Below, one piece after another: positions 51,020 through 63,947 of a stretch of DNA of 64,000 bases. Under the pieces are notes generated by a model. That model ran no database searches. It was not told the DNA's origin and saw nothing but the letters and a program-made list of their open reading frames with translations. The position numbers and the translations under genes are program-made. Positions within the stretch are counted from its first letter, which is position 1, and each line of letters begins with the position of its first letter. The stretch covers positions 102,986,687-103,050,686 of the forward strand of contig NC_092372.1 of NCBI RefSeq assembly GCF_030028105.1, read 5' to 3'. This DNA is from Mobula birostris (Eukaryota).

Positions 51020-51780
51020 GGAGTGTCTTAATATCACTGCTATATGTCTTGAAATATGTTGTTCTGCAGCAGCTGTACATGGCAATGCAACATTAAAAAA
51101 CTATAAATTAGAGAAAAAATGTGTATATACGTGTATTAAATTAAATAAGTAGTACAACGATCACAAAACGAAAAAAGTAGCGAGACCATGCTTATGGGTT
51201 CATTGCCCATTCAGACATCAGGCAGCGGTGGGAAAGAAGGTATACCTAAAATACTGAGTTTGTATCTTCACATACCCGTGCCTCCTCTTTGATGGTACCA
51301 ATGAGAAGAGGACATATCCTGGGTAATGTGGGTCCTCAATGACGTATGCTCCCTTTCTGAGGCATCGCTCTTTGAAGATGAATTTGCTGGGGTGGCTAGT
51401 GCCCATGGTGGTACTGGCTGAGTTTTCAACTTTCTGCAGATTTTTCCAATTTTGCGCAGTGACCTCTCCATACCAGACAGTGATGCAAACAGTTAGAATG
51501 CTCTCCACGTAACAGCTGTAGAATTTTGAGAGAGTCTTTAGTGCACTACCAAGTCTCCTCAAACTCAAAATGTAATATAGCCACTGTTGTGCCTTTTTTG
51601 TAATTTCATCAATATGTTTGGCCCAGGATTGATCTACAAAGATATTGGCACCTAGGAGTTGAAAATCAATCACTCTTTCCACTGCTGATCCTTCCATGGG
51701 AACTGGTGTGTGCTCCCCCAAATTCCCCTTCCTGAAATCCATAATCAATCTCCTGGTCTTACTGACATTGAGTGCAAGGC
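51020..51780 (-). mobile_element. Rex1/Babar-type LINE 3' portion, longer orthologue in unit C
   Basis: ORF 51218-51919 reads LALNVSKTRRLIMDFRK...PVPMEGSAVERV..FQLLG...ITKKAQQ...RYTFFPTA. Confidence 0.82.
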
Positions 51781-52468
51781 CAAGGAAATGACTGTGGATT
51801 TTGGAAAGGGGAAGAGAGGGTTGTGCCCAGCGGTCTTTCATTGTCAAGTAGGATTGGTGCATTGAAGATCGGCCAGAGATGGGTCCTGATGGAGTAAGTA
51901 ACCTCCATGAGTAGGTCATAGCTTTCCTTGATAGGAACCACTACACCCCCAGTGAGGTTGCCGCCATCGGCATTGTCATCAACACTGCCTGCACAAACCC
52001 AGAAATGAAAGAGGATAAATCAGCCTATGTACAAAGAAGGATTATATTTTGGTTATTTCATTAACATGATTTGAGTCAGAAAGTTGAAGATGTAAATAAT
52101 TAAATAAAATCATTCCTCCTTTTTCCTGAAGGTATGGGTGATGTAACATTGTCACAATGATTTCCAGAGCAAAATTTGCCCAGTCACCTTTACTGTTTAA
52201 AATGTAGCTCGTAGTTTGTAATATATAGTCTGTGAGAGGTTTGGGTGCAAGTGCGTGTGTGTGCATGACTGTCTGTCAGGGTGTGAGCAAACACACTATA
52301 CTTGATGGCATCTAAACATCATTATGAGCAGAGATGATTTTCCAGTTGCCTTGATCCCCCTTGGAACTGACTCTCTGAAGTCAATGTAATAGCTGAGGTG
52401 CGACTGTAGTTCACAATATGTGAACTATTGCTTTGGGAACTTGAATTTTTCAACATGATGAGAGGAAT

Positions 52469-53349
52469 TGTTACGGTCCGGTCTGTGAAGTCTTCATTCC
52501 AGTTCATGGCCCAGTCCGTGGATTCTGTATTTTGACTATTCCTTTTTTTCCCTTGTTCCGTCAGGTGCCTTAATTGAAACTCCAAATTCTCAATTCGGGC
52601 TGGCAACATGAATAGCTCTGGGGTCCAGTGATTCCTTGCTGGACTGTCCTCATCTGTAACATCATCAGAATACCCGTCAAGTTAACCACCGGAGTGAGAC
52701 TAGAGCCACTGTCTGCAGTGCCTGGGCCGCGTCTAGGGCTTGCTGCTACTTGGATTCTTTTCGTGTCAATATAAAGGTCAGTCTATCATTGTGTGGTTCT
52801 GTCTCTCCATGTTCTCTCCTCCACTTGGTAGGTCCAGTCGTTTGCTGCTACCCTGAGGGGTGAACGGTCTCAGTGTTTTGTGCCCTGCATCCAAGAAGAG
52901 TCCCAGCTCTATGTCCTGTGTCCAAGGAGGAGCCCCGGCTCAGTGTTGTGTGTCCTGTGTCTAAGTCAAGTCTAAGCCCAGTCTAAGTCAAGTGTCAAGT
53001 TCCGAGTCCAAGTCGAGAGACAAGTTCCAAGTCCAAGTTCGAGTCCAAGTCGAGAGAAAGTTCCAAGCCAAGTCTGAGTCCAAGATGCAAGCCAAGAGCC
53101 AAGTCTAGACCCAGGTGCCAATTCCCTGTCAAGTCCCGAGTTCCGAGTCGTGACCTGAGTTCCCCGTCGAGTTCAAGTCCCAAAACCAAGTCCAGGTTTT
53201 CCGGTTTGTCAGTCTACATCTACCTTCGTGTTACCATTTTGTCCTCGCTCCTTGGCTTCCCTAGCATTCTTAATAAACATAGCCCAGTTCCTAGTACTTC
53301 AGTGTCTGTGTCTTGCATTTGGGTCCGCTTCCATCGCCCTCCTATGACA
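52469..53349 (+). mobile_element. Solo LTR, 881 bp, with 5-bp TSD GGAAT and an internal (CCAAGT)n-like hexamer array
   Basis: TGTTA...TGACA termini, GGAAT at 52464-52468 and 53350-53354, AATAAA near 53272. Confidence 0.85.
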
Positions 53350-56300
53350 GGAATGTTTAAATGGGGTTCTGAAGGCAAAGCTCCAGCAAAAATCCACGGC
53401 CCAGAGATTTAGAGCCAGATAAAGAAAGAAAATGCAGGAGTGTCGGCAGCTCACTGACAGCAAGACGTGCAGAAGTTTTGTAGTGGTGAGCAGCCATCTG
53501 CTGTCACAAACTTCAGCAGTCCTAAAGATGTCTGACCACAGAGTTGTCTCATTGTCTCACTGCTGGGAGTCACAGGGAAAGTCATCTCCAGGGTATTCTG
53601 AACCACTTCCTCAGTCATTGTAGATCTGCTGCCTGAACTGCAGAGTGGATTCTGACCAGCTTGAGACATGATGAACTGCTCCAATGCAACACATTGTTCT
53701 TAAGATCACAGGCCCAAATACTGCTAACAATGCTTCTAATGCGGTCTGACTAATGCCTTATAAAGTCTCAGCATTACATCCTTCTTTTTCTATTCTAGTC
53801 CTCCTGAAATGGATGCTAACATTGCATCTGCTTTCCTTACCATCCACTTAACATGCAAGCTAACCTTTAAGGAATCTTGCGTGAGAACTCCCAAGCCTCT
53901 CTGCACTTATTTCTGAATTTATTTCCCATTTAGGAAACAGTCAACCCTTTCATTCCTACTACCGAAGTACATGACCATATATTTCCTTACACTGTATTCC
54001 ATCTGCCTCTCCTTTAACCATTCTCCTAATATGTCTATGTCCATCTGTAGGCCCCCTGCTTCCTCAAATCTACCTGCCCTTCCACCTTGCCTTTGTATCA
54101 TCTGTAAGTTTGGCCACAAAGCCACCAGTTCCATTATCCAAATCCGTGACATGTAAAGAGAAGTGGTCCTGACACCAACCTCCTGTGGAACACCACTAGT
54201 TGTAAGCAGCCAACCAGGGAAGGTCCCCTCCATTCCCACTCTTTGAAGGCAGGGATTTATGATGGGGCTCATTACTGCCTTCAATGCACCAGAGCAGCCT
54301 TTAGATGACTGAGGAAAATGTTACCTGAAGCTCAAGAGTTCAAATGTGGCACAAAGTCCACCGTTGTCCGAGCAGCAGAAAAATAAGCAAACTCTCCCGG
54401 GTCAAAATCCATACTATTGGTGCCTTTCTAAAATCCTGAGTGTATTTAATGACGAGGAATTATGTCCCCTGCACTGTTGATGCTCTACTTATAGTAAGTC
54501 GGCTATGTTTGTTCTGTCACATAAATTACATATATGACATTGAACTTACAAGTTTGACACGATTCTTTGAAGTGATCACTCAAGGCAGAAAAGGAAGATA
54601 GGGAATGGTAGAGGGACCACACAGAAACTCTGACTAAGTGACAGAAAGAGTACAGAACTTCACTAATGAACACCCTCCCACTCCTTGGTCAAAGACTCTG
54701 CCATTTCCACATTGACCTCAGTGAGCGCCTAAGCATCCACAGAGTAGTTCATAGTGATCTTCAGTCATGAGGCAGAGCCCAGGGAAAAGAACACAAACCA
54801 AGCTGGATAAATGAGACAGATCTCCTTTCCTGCAGAGCACTGGTGAACGAACTGTGTTCCGAAGCTGTCGCAATTGTTTCACAGATAACATGAATGAAGC
54901 AGGCGTTTTTGATTCTGAATGCATTTAATGAAGAGGAGTTTTGTACCTCAGCACTGGTGTTATTTTACTTACTGTAAGTCAGATACATTCACTCTGCCAC
55001 ATAACTCACACACCTGACACTAGCTTCCTAATTCGGACTCTTGATTCCATGCTGAGTCATAGGAAGCAATTAGAAAGGAGGAGATAGGGGAAAATACAAA
55101 ATGTCCTTGAATCTTCCTTGAAGAAATGCAGTACCCCCACGGTGTCCTTGGTATCTCTGGCTGTTATCACCCAAGGTGGAGAAGGAGCATTGGTATTGTC
55201 TTGAGAGTCCATCTGCTTTAAGACCACACAGAAACCCTGACGTAGCGACAGAACGAACTTAGCACTTCACCAATGACCACCATTCTACACTCCATCAGGC
55301 AATTCCTATCCTTGGTCGAAGACTATATCTTTCCCATATTGATCTCAGTATCTGTCTTAGAAACACAAAACAGGAATGGAAGGAAGTTATCATTAGTACT
55401 GAAGGACACCATAAAGAGAGTAACATGGGCCAGGCTGGATAATGGAGACAGATTTCCTTCTCTGTAGAGTACTAGAGAATAAATTGCATTTTTAAGCTGA
55501 CGTGATAGTTTCATAGACATAATTGGTGATACATACTCTCCAATTCTGAATTCATTTAACCAAGAGGAATGAGGTTCACCAGGTGCATTGGAAATGATTT
55601 CAAGGTGTTTCTGTGTCTTTGCTCCTGGCCTCTAAATTCTAGCTTGATGATTTAACCTATCAGCTCCCCTACTACATTATGTTCTTCATTCCAGGAATAT
55701 ACTTGATCAGGAATATTTTTTGCTCATTTTCCCAAAGAATTACTTCTTAACACATGTACCTGGAATATTGATGCATTGTTGTGGTCTAGATACCGAAGAG
55801 GTTCTTCATTCAGCCTCAACCATACATAGGAGGTTCCCACCTACCCAGACTACTGCAGGATCAGATAACACGTGCACCCCATACGTGCACCTGGTCTTCA
55901 GAATGAGAAGCCAAAAGAGTAATATTTCTATTAAGGAGGTAACACAGCATATCCTACCACATCTGATGTTGGAGCTGGATTGTAGTGAAATTTGACGGAT
56001 GGTAAATGAATATTTGTTGTCTCCTATTTTGTGTCCATAAGCATTATTCTGAGGAAGTTTGATGTTCAAATCCAAGCTGCTGGGCCATCAAGTAATTTTT
56101 AGGATCTCCTCAGATCTGTTGGCATTTAAGAAACTAATCCAATTAGAGAGTGCTTCACTGGATCTTTCACAGCAAACAGGATAAAAAAAAGTTCAGTAGG
56201 TTGGAAAGGGCCATATGAAAACAGAACACAAGAACATATTGAAAGGGCATGAGAAAGACAACCATTTTCTGACATGGGATAGTTTTTGAACTTGAGATGA

Positions 56301-56944
56301 CAGCACCTCGCTGTCAAGTGCTGACCATCTAAGAAAGATCTGCTTCTGTGATGAACGTTTAGATGTGCAATATAATTTTTTGATTTTCATAAACAATTAG
56401 GAGAATTTAATAAATTATGAATTCATTTTTCCGCTACTTCCCAAGGACTCATTATCTCAGTTGATGGAGAGCAATAAAGCAGTTGTAAAGGTGAGACACA
56501 CTTAGGGCAGATTATTGCAGTTTCTTCCTCTGTATCTAAAACATGACACATCTTGGAATATTCCTACTATTAATTGCAATGAATAGCAGATGGGAACAAA
56601 GGCAGACTGAAATGTAGAACCACATGGAGCATAAAACAAGTTGACTTCCTGAAAATAATGTGGGCTCACACACACACACCGGCTCAGATTAACAATGAAC
56701 TTTTCTCATCCTTGTACATCCCCAGGGGGAGGAGTCAACGTGACTCCAGTCACTGCACTTTACAAATCAAGAAACTGAAACTTGAACCAGCTCCAGAAAG
56801 CCCCGATGTTGATATTTCATCAGTCAGAGTGAAAATATTGAAACTGTTCTACCCACTCACAATCAGAACATTTAAGGCACAGAGATATATCAAAGATAAC
56901 CAAATTGCTTCAAGTTAGAGGAGGACACATTTCTTCTAACTCAG

Positions 56945-57290
56945 ACAGGAGAAAAGCTGCAGATGCTGGAAATCCAAGCAACACACACAAAATGCTGGAT
57001 GAACTCAGCAATAATGATATGGTAAAGTGAACAACTGGAGTGCCACGTGGGTGGCAATAAGTATGGATATGTACTGACTTTAATGGAAACGTATGTAAAG
57101 GATGGAAAGTTATTGAATGGTTTATTGTATATATTTATTTTTGAATAAAATATATTTTGAAATAAAAAAAACTCAGCAGCATCTATGGAAAAGAGTACAG
57201 TCGACATTTCGGGCCGAGATGCTTCATCAGTGCTCTTTTCCATAGGTGCCGCCTGGCCTACTGAGTTCCTACAGCATTTTGTGTGTGTTT
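56945..57290. mobile_element. Fold-back pair of Penelope terminal fragments with a poly(A)-tailed insertion (57011-57170, TSD actcagca)
   Basis: Minus copy at 56945-57010 plus 57171-57230, plus copy at 57231-57290. The insert ends in aataaaaaaa and is flanked by actcagca. Confidence 0.7.
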
Positions 57291-57974
57291 CTTTAACTCA
57301 CATGTTTCAGCTCAGGATTCTTATAATCCATACCAAATCTTTAAAAATCTGCATCCTGTGGGCTCGCTGTAAAACGTGGAACTGAGTTACTGTGCAGACA
57401 ATCTGAAACTGTGCATTGGAAAAAAATAATCAGTTCTCAGTTCATCTAGCCTTGCAATGTGTGATTGTCAACAAAGAGATTTTGACACTGATCAATATGT
57501 AGTTTGAATAAAAAGTAGTTACAGAACAATCTGGTTGTAAATAGAGATGAGTACAGGTAATTTTGCCCTTGATGCAAAAGTGTAATAGGAACCTTTGAAC
57601 CTACTGTTCCAATGAGAAAATTCCCAACAACATGTAAATGGTGTTTCAGTTTCTTGTCACATGATAACAGGATTCTTAAAAGTTGGAAAAATATACTGTA
57701 ACCTTTTCTCTCTTGTCTTCTTATGTCTCTGTAGAAGTAACTTTAGTTATCATGTTATTTTATTTCAAGACATCTGATACTAACTCCATCAATGACAAAA
57801 TAGTAAAATATAAATGTCTAATATTGATCCAAATATAGTTTCATTGGATCATTCCTCATCACTTTTTTGGCCTTTTCCTTTACTGGGAATATCATTTTCT
57901 GTATTTTTAAAGTAATATATTCTTTAAATTGCTGACAATGATTTCACTGAAGGGATCTTTCAAAGGGGACATAA

Positions 57975-58190
57975 CTGGACATGAAATTAGAAGACAATGG
58001 GAAGGGCATGACATCTAAAACTTGACAAACTTCTATAAATGTCTAGTGGAGAGTATATTGACTGGCTGCATCACAGCCTGGAATGGAAGCACCAATGTCT
58101 CTCAACGGAAAATCCTACAAAAGTTAGTTAGTGGATTCAGCTCAGTACATGGTTGGAAGCAAAGTCCTCCCAACCATTGAGCAACTCTTG
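57975..58190 (+). mobile_element. Rex1/Babar LINE fragment
   Basis: ttgacaaacttctataaatgtctagtggagagtatattgactggctgcatcacagcctgg reads LTNFYKCLVESILTGCITAW. Confidence 0.75.
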
Positions 58191-59385
58191 CAACCACCAT
58201 AACAGTGATAGAGTTCCTCTTGTCCTATCTACCATGCCATGAGCATCTGCATCCAACACATCATTCTCCACCATCACCAAAAGGATCCCACCACCAAACA
58301 TATCTATACCTCACTTCCTTTCTCTGCTTTCTGCAGAGATATCTCCCTTGGTGATTCCTTTGTCCATTCATCCCTCTCCACTATTCTCCCCCCAGGCACT
58401 TATCCCTGAAAGCAGACAAAGTGCTACTCCTGCCCGTTCACCTCCTCCCTCACCTCCATTCAGGGCCCCAAACAGTTCTTCCAGCTGAGGCACCACTTCA
58501 CCTACGAATCTGAATCTGCTTGGGTCAGCTATTACGTCTGGTGCTCACAATTGGTGAGTTGTTGTTGTTGTTGTTCAGTCGAGTCCGACTCTTCTTGACC
58601 TCATGGTCCATAGGTTCCATAGGGTTTTTGTGGCAAGATATGGAAGTAGTTTGCCAGGCCTTTCTTTCGCACAGATACTGCTGCTGCCCAGGTTGAGACC
58701 CGGCTGGGTTTGAACTCAGGACTGTCTGCCTTGACGTCCAGTGTTGATGCCACCACACCACCAGCTGAACCCACATTGGTGAGACCCTTTGTAAATTGGG
58801 GCTTGCATCGTTGAGCACCTCTGCTCCATTTGCCAAAAGTGGAACATCCCGGAGTCCAAGTGTTTTAATTCTGATTCCCATTCCTGTTCCAACATGTCTG
58901 TCCATGGCCTCCTCTTGTACCACATGAGGCCACCCTCAAGGTGGAAGAGCAACATCTTATATTCCGTTTAGGTAGCCTTCAAACTGATGGCATGAATATC
59001 GATTTTTCCTGCAGGAAAAAAATTTCCATCCTCCTCCTTTCTTCTTTTATTCCTCACTCTGGCCTCTTACTCTTCTCACCTGCCTATCACCTCCTCTTAG
59101 GTTCCTTCCTCCTTTTCTCCACTCCCATCAGATTCCTTCTTCTCCAGCCATTTACCTTTCCCACCCACGTGGCTTCACCTATCACTTTTCAGCCAGCCAC
59201 CTTCCCCTCCCCAAACTTTTTTATTCCGGTGTCTTCTCCCTTCCTTTTCAGTCCTGAAGAAGGGTCTCAACCTGAAATGTCGAGTGTTTATTCATTTCCA
59301 TAGATGCTGCCTGACCTGCTGAGTTCCTCCAGTATTTTGTGTGTCGTGCTTTGGATTTCCAGCATCTGCAGAATCTCATGTGTTT
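58190..59385 (+). mobile_element. Penelope-like element 3' half
   Basis: Homologous to 16690-17330. EEQHLIFRLGSLQTDGMNIDFS is a typical PLE GIY-YIG C-terminus. The terminal region carries a hammerhead-like motif at 59249-59286. Confidence 0.82.
58559..58772 (-). mobile_element. tRNA-derived SINE with RTE-like (CAA)n tail, nested in the PLE
   Basis: Minus strand has an A-box-like TGGTGTGGTGG and B box GTTCAAACC (58707-58715) and ends gactcgactgaacaacaac. TSD ATTGGTGAG at 58550-58558 and 58775-58783. Confidence 0.82.
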
Positions 59386-59545
59386 AGCATTTACCTCTGT
59401 AACTTTGACCCCTTTTAGCTTCAGCATGGTTAACTCAAATGTAGTGAATTTGTTTCAAGTGTTATTTTTGCTGTTCTTGTTTAGCCAATTAATTAAAATA
59501 ATTGATTGTTATAACTTTTAAGTGTTGGTTTAATTTTACATGATC

Positions 59546-60170
59546 TCTTTTTTAGGTTATGAGGACACGCAGTCCTCTTTTATTACCATTTAGTAATGCA
59601 TGCATTAAGAAATGATACAATATTCCTCTGGTGTGATATCACAGAAACACAGGACAGACCAAGACTGAAAAATTAACAAAAACCACATAATTATAACATA
59701 TAGTTACAACAGCGCAACAATACCATAACTTGATGAAGAACAGGCCATGATCACAGTAAAAAAGTTCAAAGTCTCTCGAAAGTCCCACATCTCACGCAGA
59801 TGGGAGAAGGAAGAAAACTCTCCCTGCCATACCCGACCACAGTCCGACTCTTGAGTTGTCCGAAAACTTCGAGCCTTCAATCAGCCCTCTGACACCGAGT
59901 ACTGAGCACCATCTCTGCCGAACACTTCGACCTCAGCCTCGGTCGCCAGCAGCAGGCAAAGCCGAGGATTTTGGGGCCTTCCCTCCGGAGATTCTCCATT
60001 GCACAGTAGCAGTGGCAGGGAACCAGGCATTTCAGAAGTTTTTCTCCAGATGTTCCTCTGCTTCTCACGTCTGTCTCCATCAAATCAGAATTGTGCATGG
60101 CCCCTACTTAACAAATACGATATCATTTTCACTGGAGAGCTGCGCGCACTGCGTTGCGCTGCCATCTTAC
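59546..60170 (-). mobile_element. Same SINE-like family, independent insertion
   Basis: Aligns to 5590-6253 and retains the GAGGAC/GTCCTC stem. Confidence 0.8.
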
Positions 60171-62749
60171 TTCCTAGAGGTAAGATGTTGCATGTTGTTA
60201 GTTGTTTCCCACTCTCAAGCTCTTCAGCACCTGGTTCAGTCAGAGCTGTGGGTTATGCAACTAAGTATTTATGCAGGATGGCTTTGTTATCAGTGGATGC
60301 TACATCATCTCAGCAGGTCTGAGTGTTTATATGGTGCACAAAGCTGAGCCAGGGTCGACCACAGCAAAACATTCTATCAAATCACTCAGATTTGACAGAA
60401 TCACTCAGATGATGACAGTGTTTTATCGTGCATTTTATATGACCTGAAGTCTTAAAAAGATTATCCTGCTCAAGGTTAGGTTAGGGAAGTTCCTTTGTTT
60501 AACAACAATCACCTCCCGAGGTTGTGAAAATGAAAGTGGAAGAGTTCAATAAATAAATATAATCCTCTTCCGGCACACGTCAAACAACAAGAGAGTTAGG
60601 GATGCACTGTTACTGTGACGAACAGAGGATCTTTTGCCAGACAGCCGATCGGCAGTGTTAAGCAGCTCTGTGACTGTGACAACCATTATTCTTTCACACA
60701 CATGGTATGTTGTAATGTGTTTTATTTTCATTAATTTGTACTAGATGTCTGATTCCATGTTTATCCCTGTGCGTTCAGGGAACTTTAGCGCAGCATCAAT
60801 GAACTGGATGGAGTCTGTCGGAGAGTTACCTGTACATTGTGTTCCAGGAGGCAGTCACATCCTTGGAATTAATTTTCTCAGAACTGATCTGTGATCAGGG
60901 ATATGAGGATGTGGTTGCCAAAAAGAGAGGTAGAGGGGAGAGCTCGGGACCCGTCCTTGTTCCCTGTTTGGGCGAGGTTGAGGACTGTAAGAAAAAGGTG
61001 CAAAATCTCTATGGTGTCATTGTACAGGAGGTACAGTAAGTCAGGTGGGGAGAGAAAATAATTCTGGTGAAGGGTCTCAGAGCAAAACATCAAATGTTTA
61101 TTCCTCTCCACAGTTGTTGCCTGACTTTCTGAGTTACTCCAGCATTTTGTGTGTGTTGTTGGGAAAATATTAGTGTAGTTGTCATTGGGTATAGTATGGT
61201 TAGGGGATCAGACACCGTTCAGTGCAGCAAAGACAGGGAGATTCATGTACACACAGGCAACAATCAGACCCTGAAGCTGAAAATCCCTGCGGGAGAAGCA
61301 GGCTTAGCACTTTGTGCTTAAAACCATAGGAGCAGAATTAGGCCGTTCAACACATTGAGTCTGCTCTGCCATGTCATTATGGCTGATCCACTTCCCTCTC
61401 AACATCTAGGATCAGACTATGTTTCAGGAACTCCCAAACCTTTAAGCTCAGTGCTGAGGTGCCCATGGTTGGGGACAGAAACGAGCATTCATGGAACGAT
61501 GAGGTCACTGATATCTGCACAAGTTCCCTGCGTCACAAGCTAAATTATTCTGGGGGATTTTGAGATGAAACCTGGTTTGAAACGCTGTATTGAGGCTTCA
61601 GTCAGAAGAAGATGAGGATGAGCTTATGGAACAAGAGGACATTGGTAATATGAGTTCTGTACCGTGAAGTTTGCTCTGGGATTTGCGGAAAATGTGCAGA
61701 GAGGCAGTATATGTTTGCTCTGTCACAACTGTGCACTGAGCAAACACTTGAATGTTTCCAGGTCTAGGACCAGTGCAGCAACATGCCGATTCTTCACTGA
61801 AAGTGTGGATTATATCCAATTTTGGAAGTACAATAGATACACATTTTACAAGCCTGCAGCAATAAAGTGCACAAAGGTATATTGTAGTGTGCAGATTGTG
61901 AACGGGGGAGTGATTTGTATACAATAAACATCAATATGTATAGGCTACCTTATGTATTTATATTTATTGCGTTTTTAATCATTATTGTGTTCTTTACCTT
62001 AATTTGTGTTTTGAGCTGCATTGGATCCAGAATAACAATTATTTTGTTCTCTTTTACACTTATGTACTGGAAATGACATTGAAAAGCCTTGAAATCAGAG
62101 GCATAAACTTCATTTGATGGTTAGCATGCTTTCCTGAGCTACAGAATTTTTAAGCCTGTGAGAAGTAAAGCCCGGAACTGGATTATGAGCATGAAAGAAA
62201 TGTGGGTTCATTTTGCACCATATGCTTTGGTCAAGATGAATTTTATACTTCTTTCCAAAAAATTGACAAATAACTCTTCAGAAATCAGAATCATGTTCAA
62301 TATCATCGATATAGGTCATGGAATGTGTTAACTTTGCGACAGCAGTGTAATGCAATACATGATAAATGTAGAAAAAAATCTGTGTGTGTCTATATATATT
62401 TATTATTTCATTGAGATGGTACTTAACTCCATTCTTTTCATCGTAGCACTTGTTGATATTTGAACAAAGCACAGAAACATTTTGGGGCCTGCTTGCATTC
62501 GGCCCCGAAATTGGACCATTGAGTCAACTGACTCTGAGGACCAACGGTATTTGTTTTATAATTAGTTATTCAATTCAGCCGCAGTGTAAGCTTCATTTTC
62601 CATTCACTGTTTTTAATCAACGGCCCTGTTTGACCTAGCATTAATTGTTTTCTTTTCCCTCTAACTCTGTTTGCATTAAAGTCTGCGAACAATCAACCTG
62701 CTTCAGTGTCTCTCGCTCCGCATTTGGGCCATATCCGAATGTAGCAACA

Positions 62750-63830
62750 TTTATAGCTGCACTGGGACCAGGTTAGATCCTCAGAGATATTGACACACAC
62801 GATCTTGAAATTGCTCACTCTCTCCACTTCTGAGCCCTCTATTCGTCACCATCTGAGATTCTACCAACAATGGTTGTATCATCAGCAAATTTATAGATGG
62901 TATTTGAGCTCTGCCTAGCCACACAGTCATGGTTGTAGGAGTAGAGCTAAGCACACACTCCTGAGGAGTGCCAATATTGATTAGCTGTGAGGTGAAGATG
63001 TTATTACCAATCTGCACAGACTGTGGTCTTCTGGTTTGGAAGTCGAGGATCCATTTGCAGAGGGAGGTACAGAGGCCCAGGTTTTGTAGTTTTTTGGCAT
63101 AAGTGTAGGAATGAAGGTGCTAAACACCGAGCTATAGCCAATGGGCTGCATTAGGACATAAGCATTTGTACTGTCCAGGTGATTCAAGGTCGCGTGGAGA
63201 TCCACTGAGGTCACACCCTCTGTAGACCTGCTGTGGCAATAAACAAATTGCAGTGGGTCCAAATCCTTGCAGAGGCAGGGATTGAATCTAGCCATGACCA
63301 AACTCTCAAAGCACTTATAAGAGAGAATCTGCAGATGCTGGAAATCAAAGTAATTCACACAAAATGCTGGAGGAACTCAGCAGGCCAAGCAGCAACTATG
63401 GAAAAGAGTAAACTGTCAACGTTTTTGGCTGAGACCCTTCATCTGGACTGGTAAAAGTGATAAGAAGTCAGATTAGAAGGTGCGGGAAGGAGAGGAAGAA
63501 GAACAAGGTAGCATGTGATAGGTGAACCCAGGAGAGAGGAAGGTGAAAAGTAAAGAGCTGGGAAGTCAGTTGGTGAAAGAGCTACAGGGCTGGAGAAGGC
63601 AGAATCTGATTGGAAAGGACGGAAGGTCATGGAAGAAAGAGAAGGGAGAGGAACACCAGAGGGAGGTGATGGGCAGGTAAGGTGAGGGAGGGCAATGGTA
63701 ATGGAGAATGGTGAAGAAGATGGGATGAGGGCACTGCATCAGTGTCGATGTGAGTACTATTGGACAATAGTTGGGAAGGCAGCTCACCCCACTCTTCTTG
63801 GGCACTGGTATAATTGTTGCCCTTCTGACA
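62750..63830 (-). mobile_element. Rex1/Babar RT fragment split by a Penelope 3' fragment (~63322-63730)
   Basis: ATIIPVPKKSGVSCLPNYCPIVLTSTLM joins KCFESLVM...LDPLQFVY..SRSTE...LNHLD once the insert is removed. Confidence 0.82.
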
Positions 63831-63947
63831 TTTAACAGAATCACCAGAACACAGGCCAGGCTGGATAAAGGAGATAGATTTCCTTTCCTGTAGAGTACCA
63901 GTGAATGAACTGTGTTTTTAAGCTGATGTGATAGTCTCACAGATATT

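Larger units (their letters stand above)
39428..56073 (+). repeat. Older paralogous unit C; homology to A ends at gttcaaatcc (A 14571 / C 56073)
   Basis: Colinear with A at patchy divergence (under 1% to several %). Lacks the 433-bp LTR and carries 2150-bp and 989-bp segments absent from A/B. Confidence 0.9.

Noticed and set aside
51218-51919. 233-aa ORF as a host gene (ALKBH8-N/DUF1891-like)
   Set aside because: The motifs belong to Rex1/Babar LINE ORF2, and several decayed relatives occur in the window.
58559-58772. tRNA gene
   Set aside because: The A/B boxes are followed by an RTE-like tail and flanked by a TSD, so this is a SINE.
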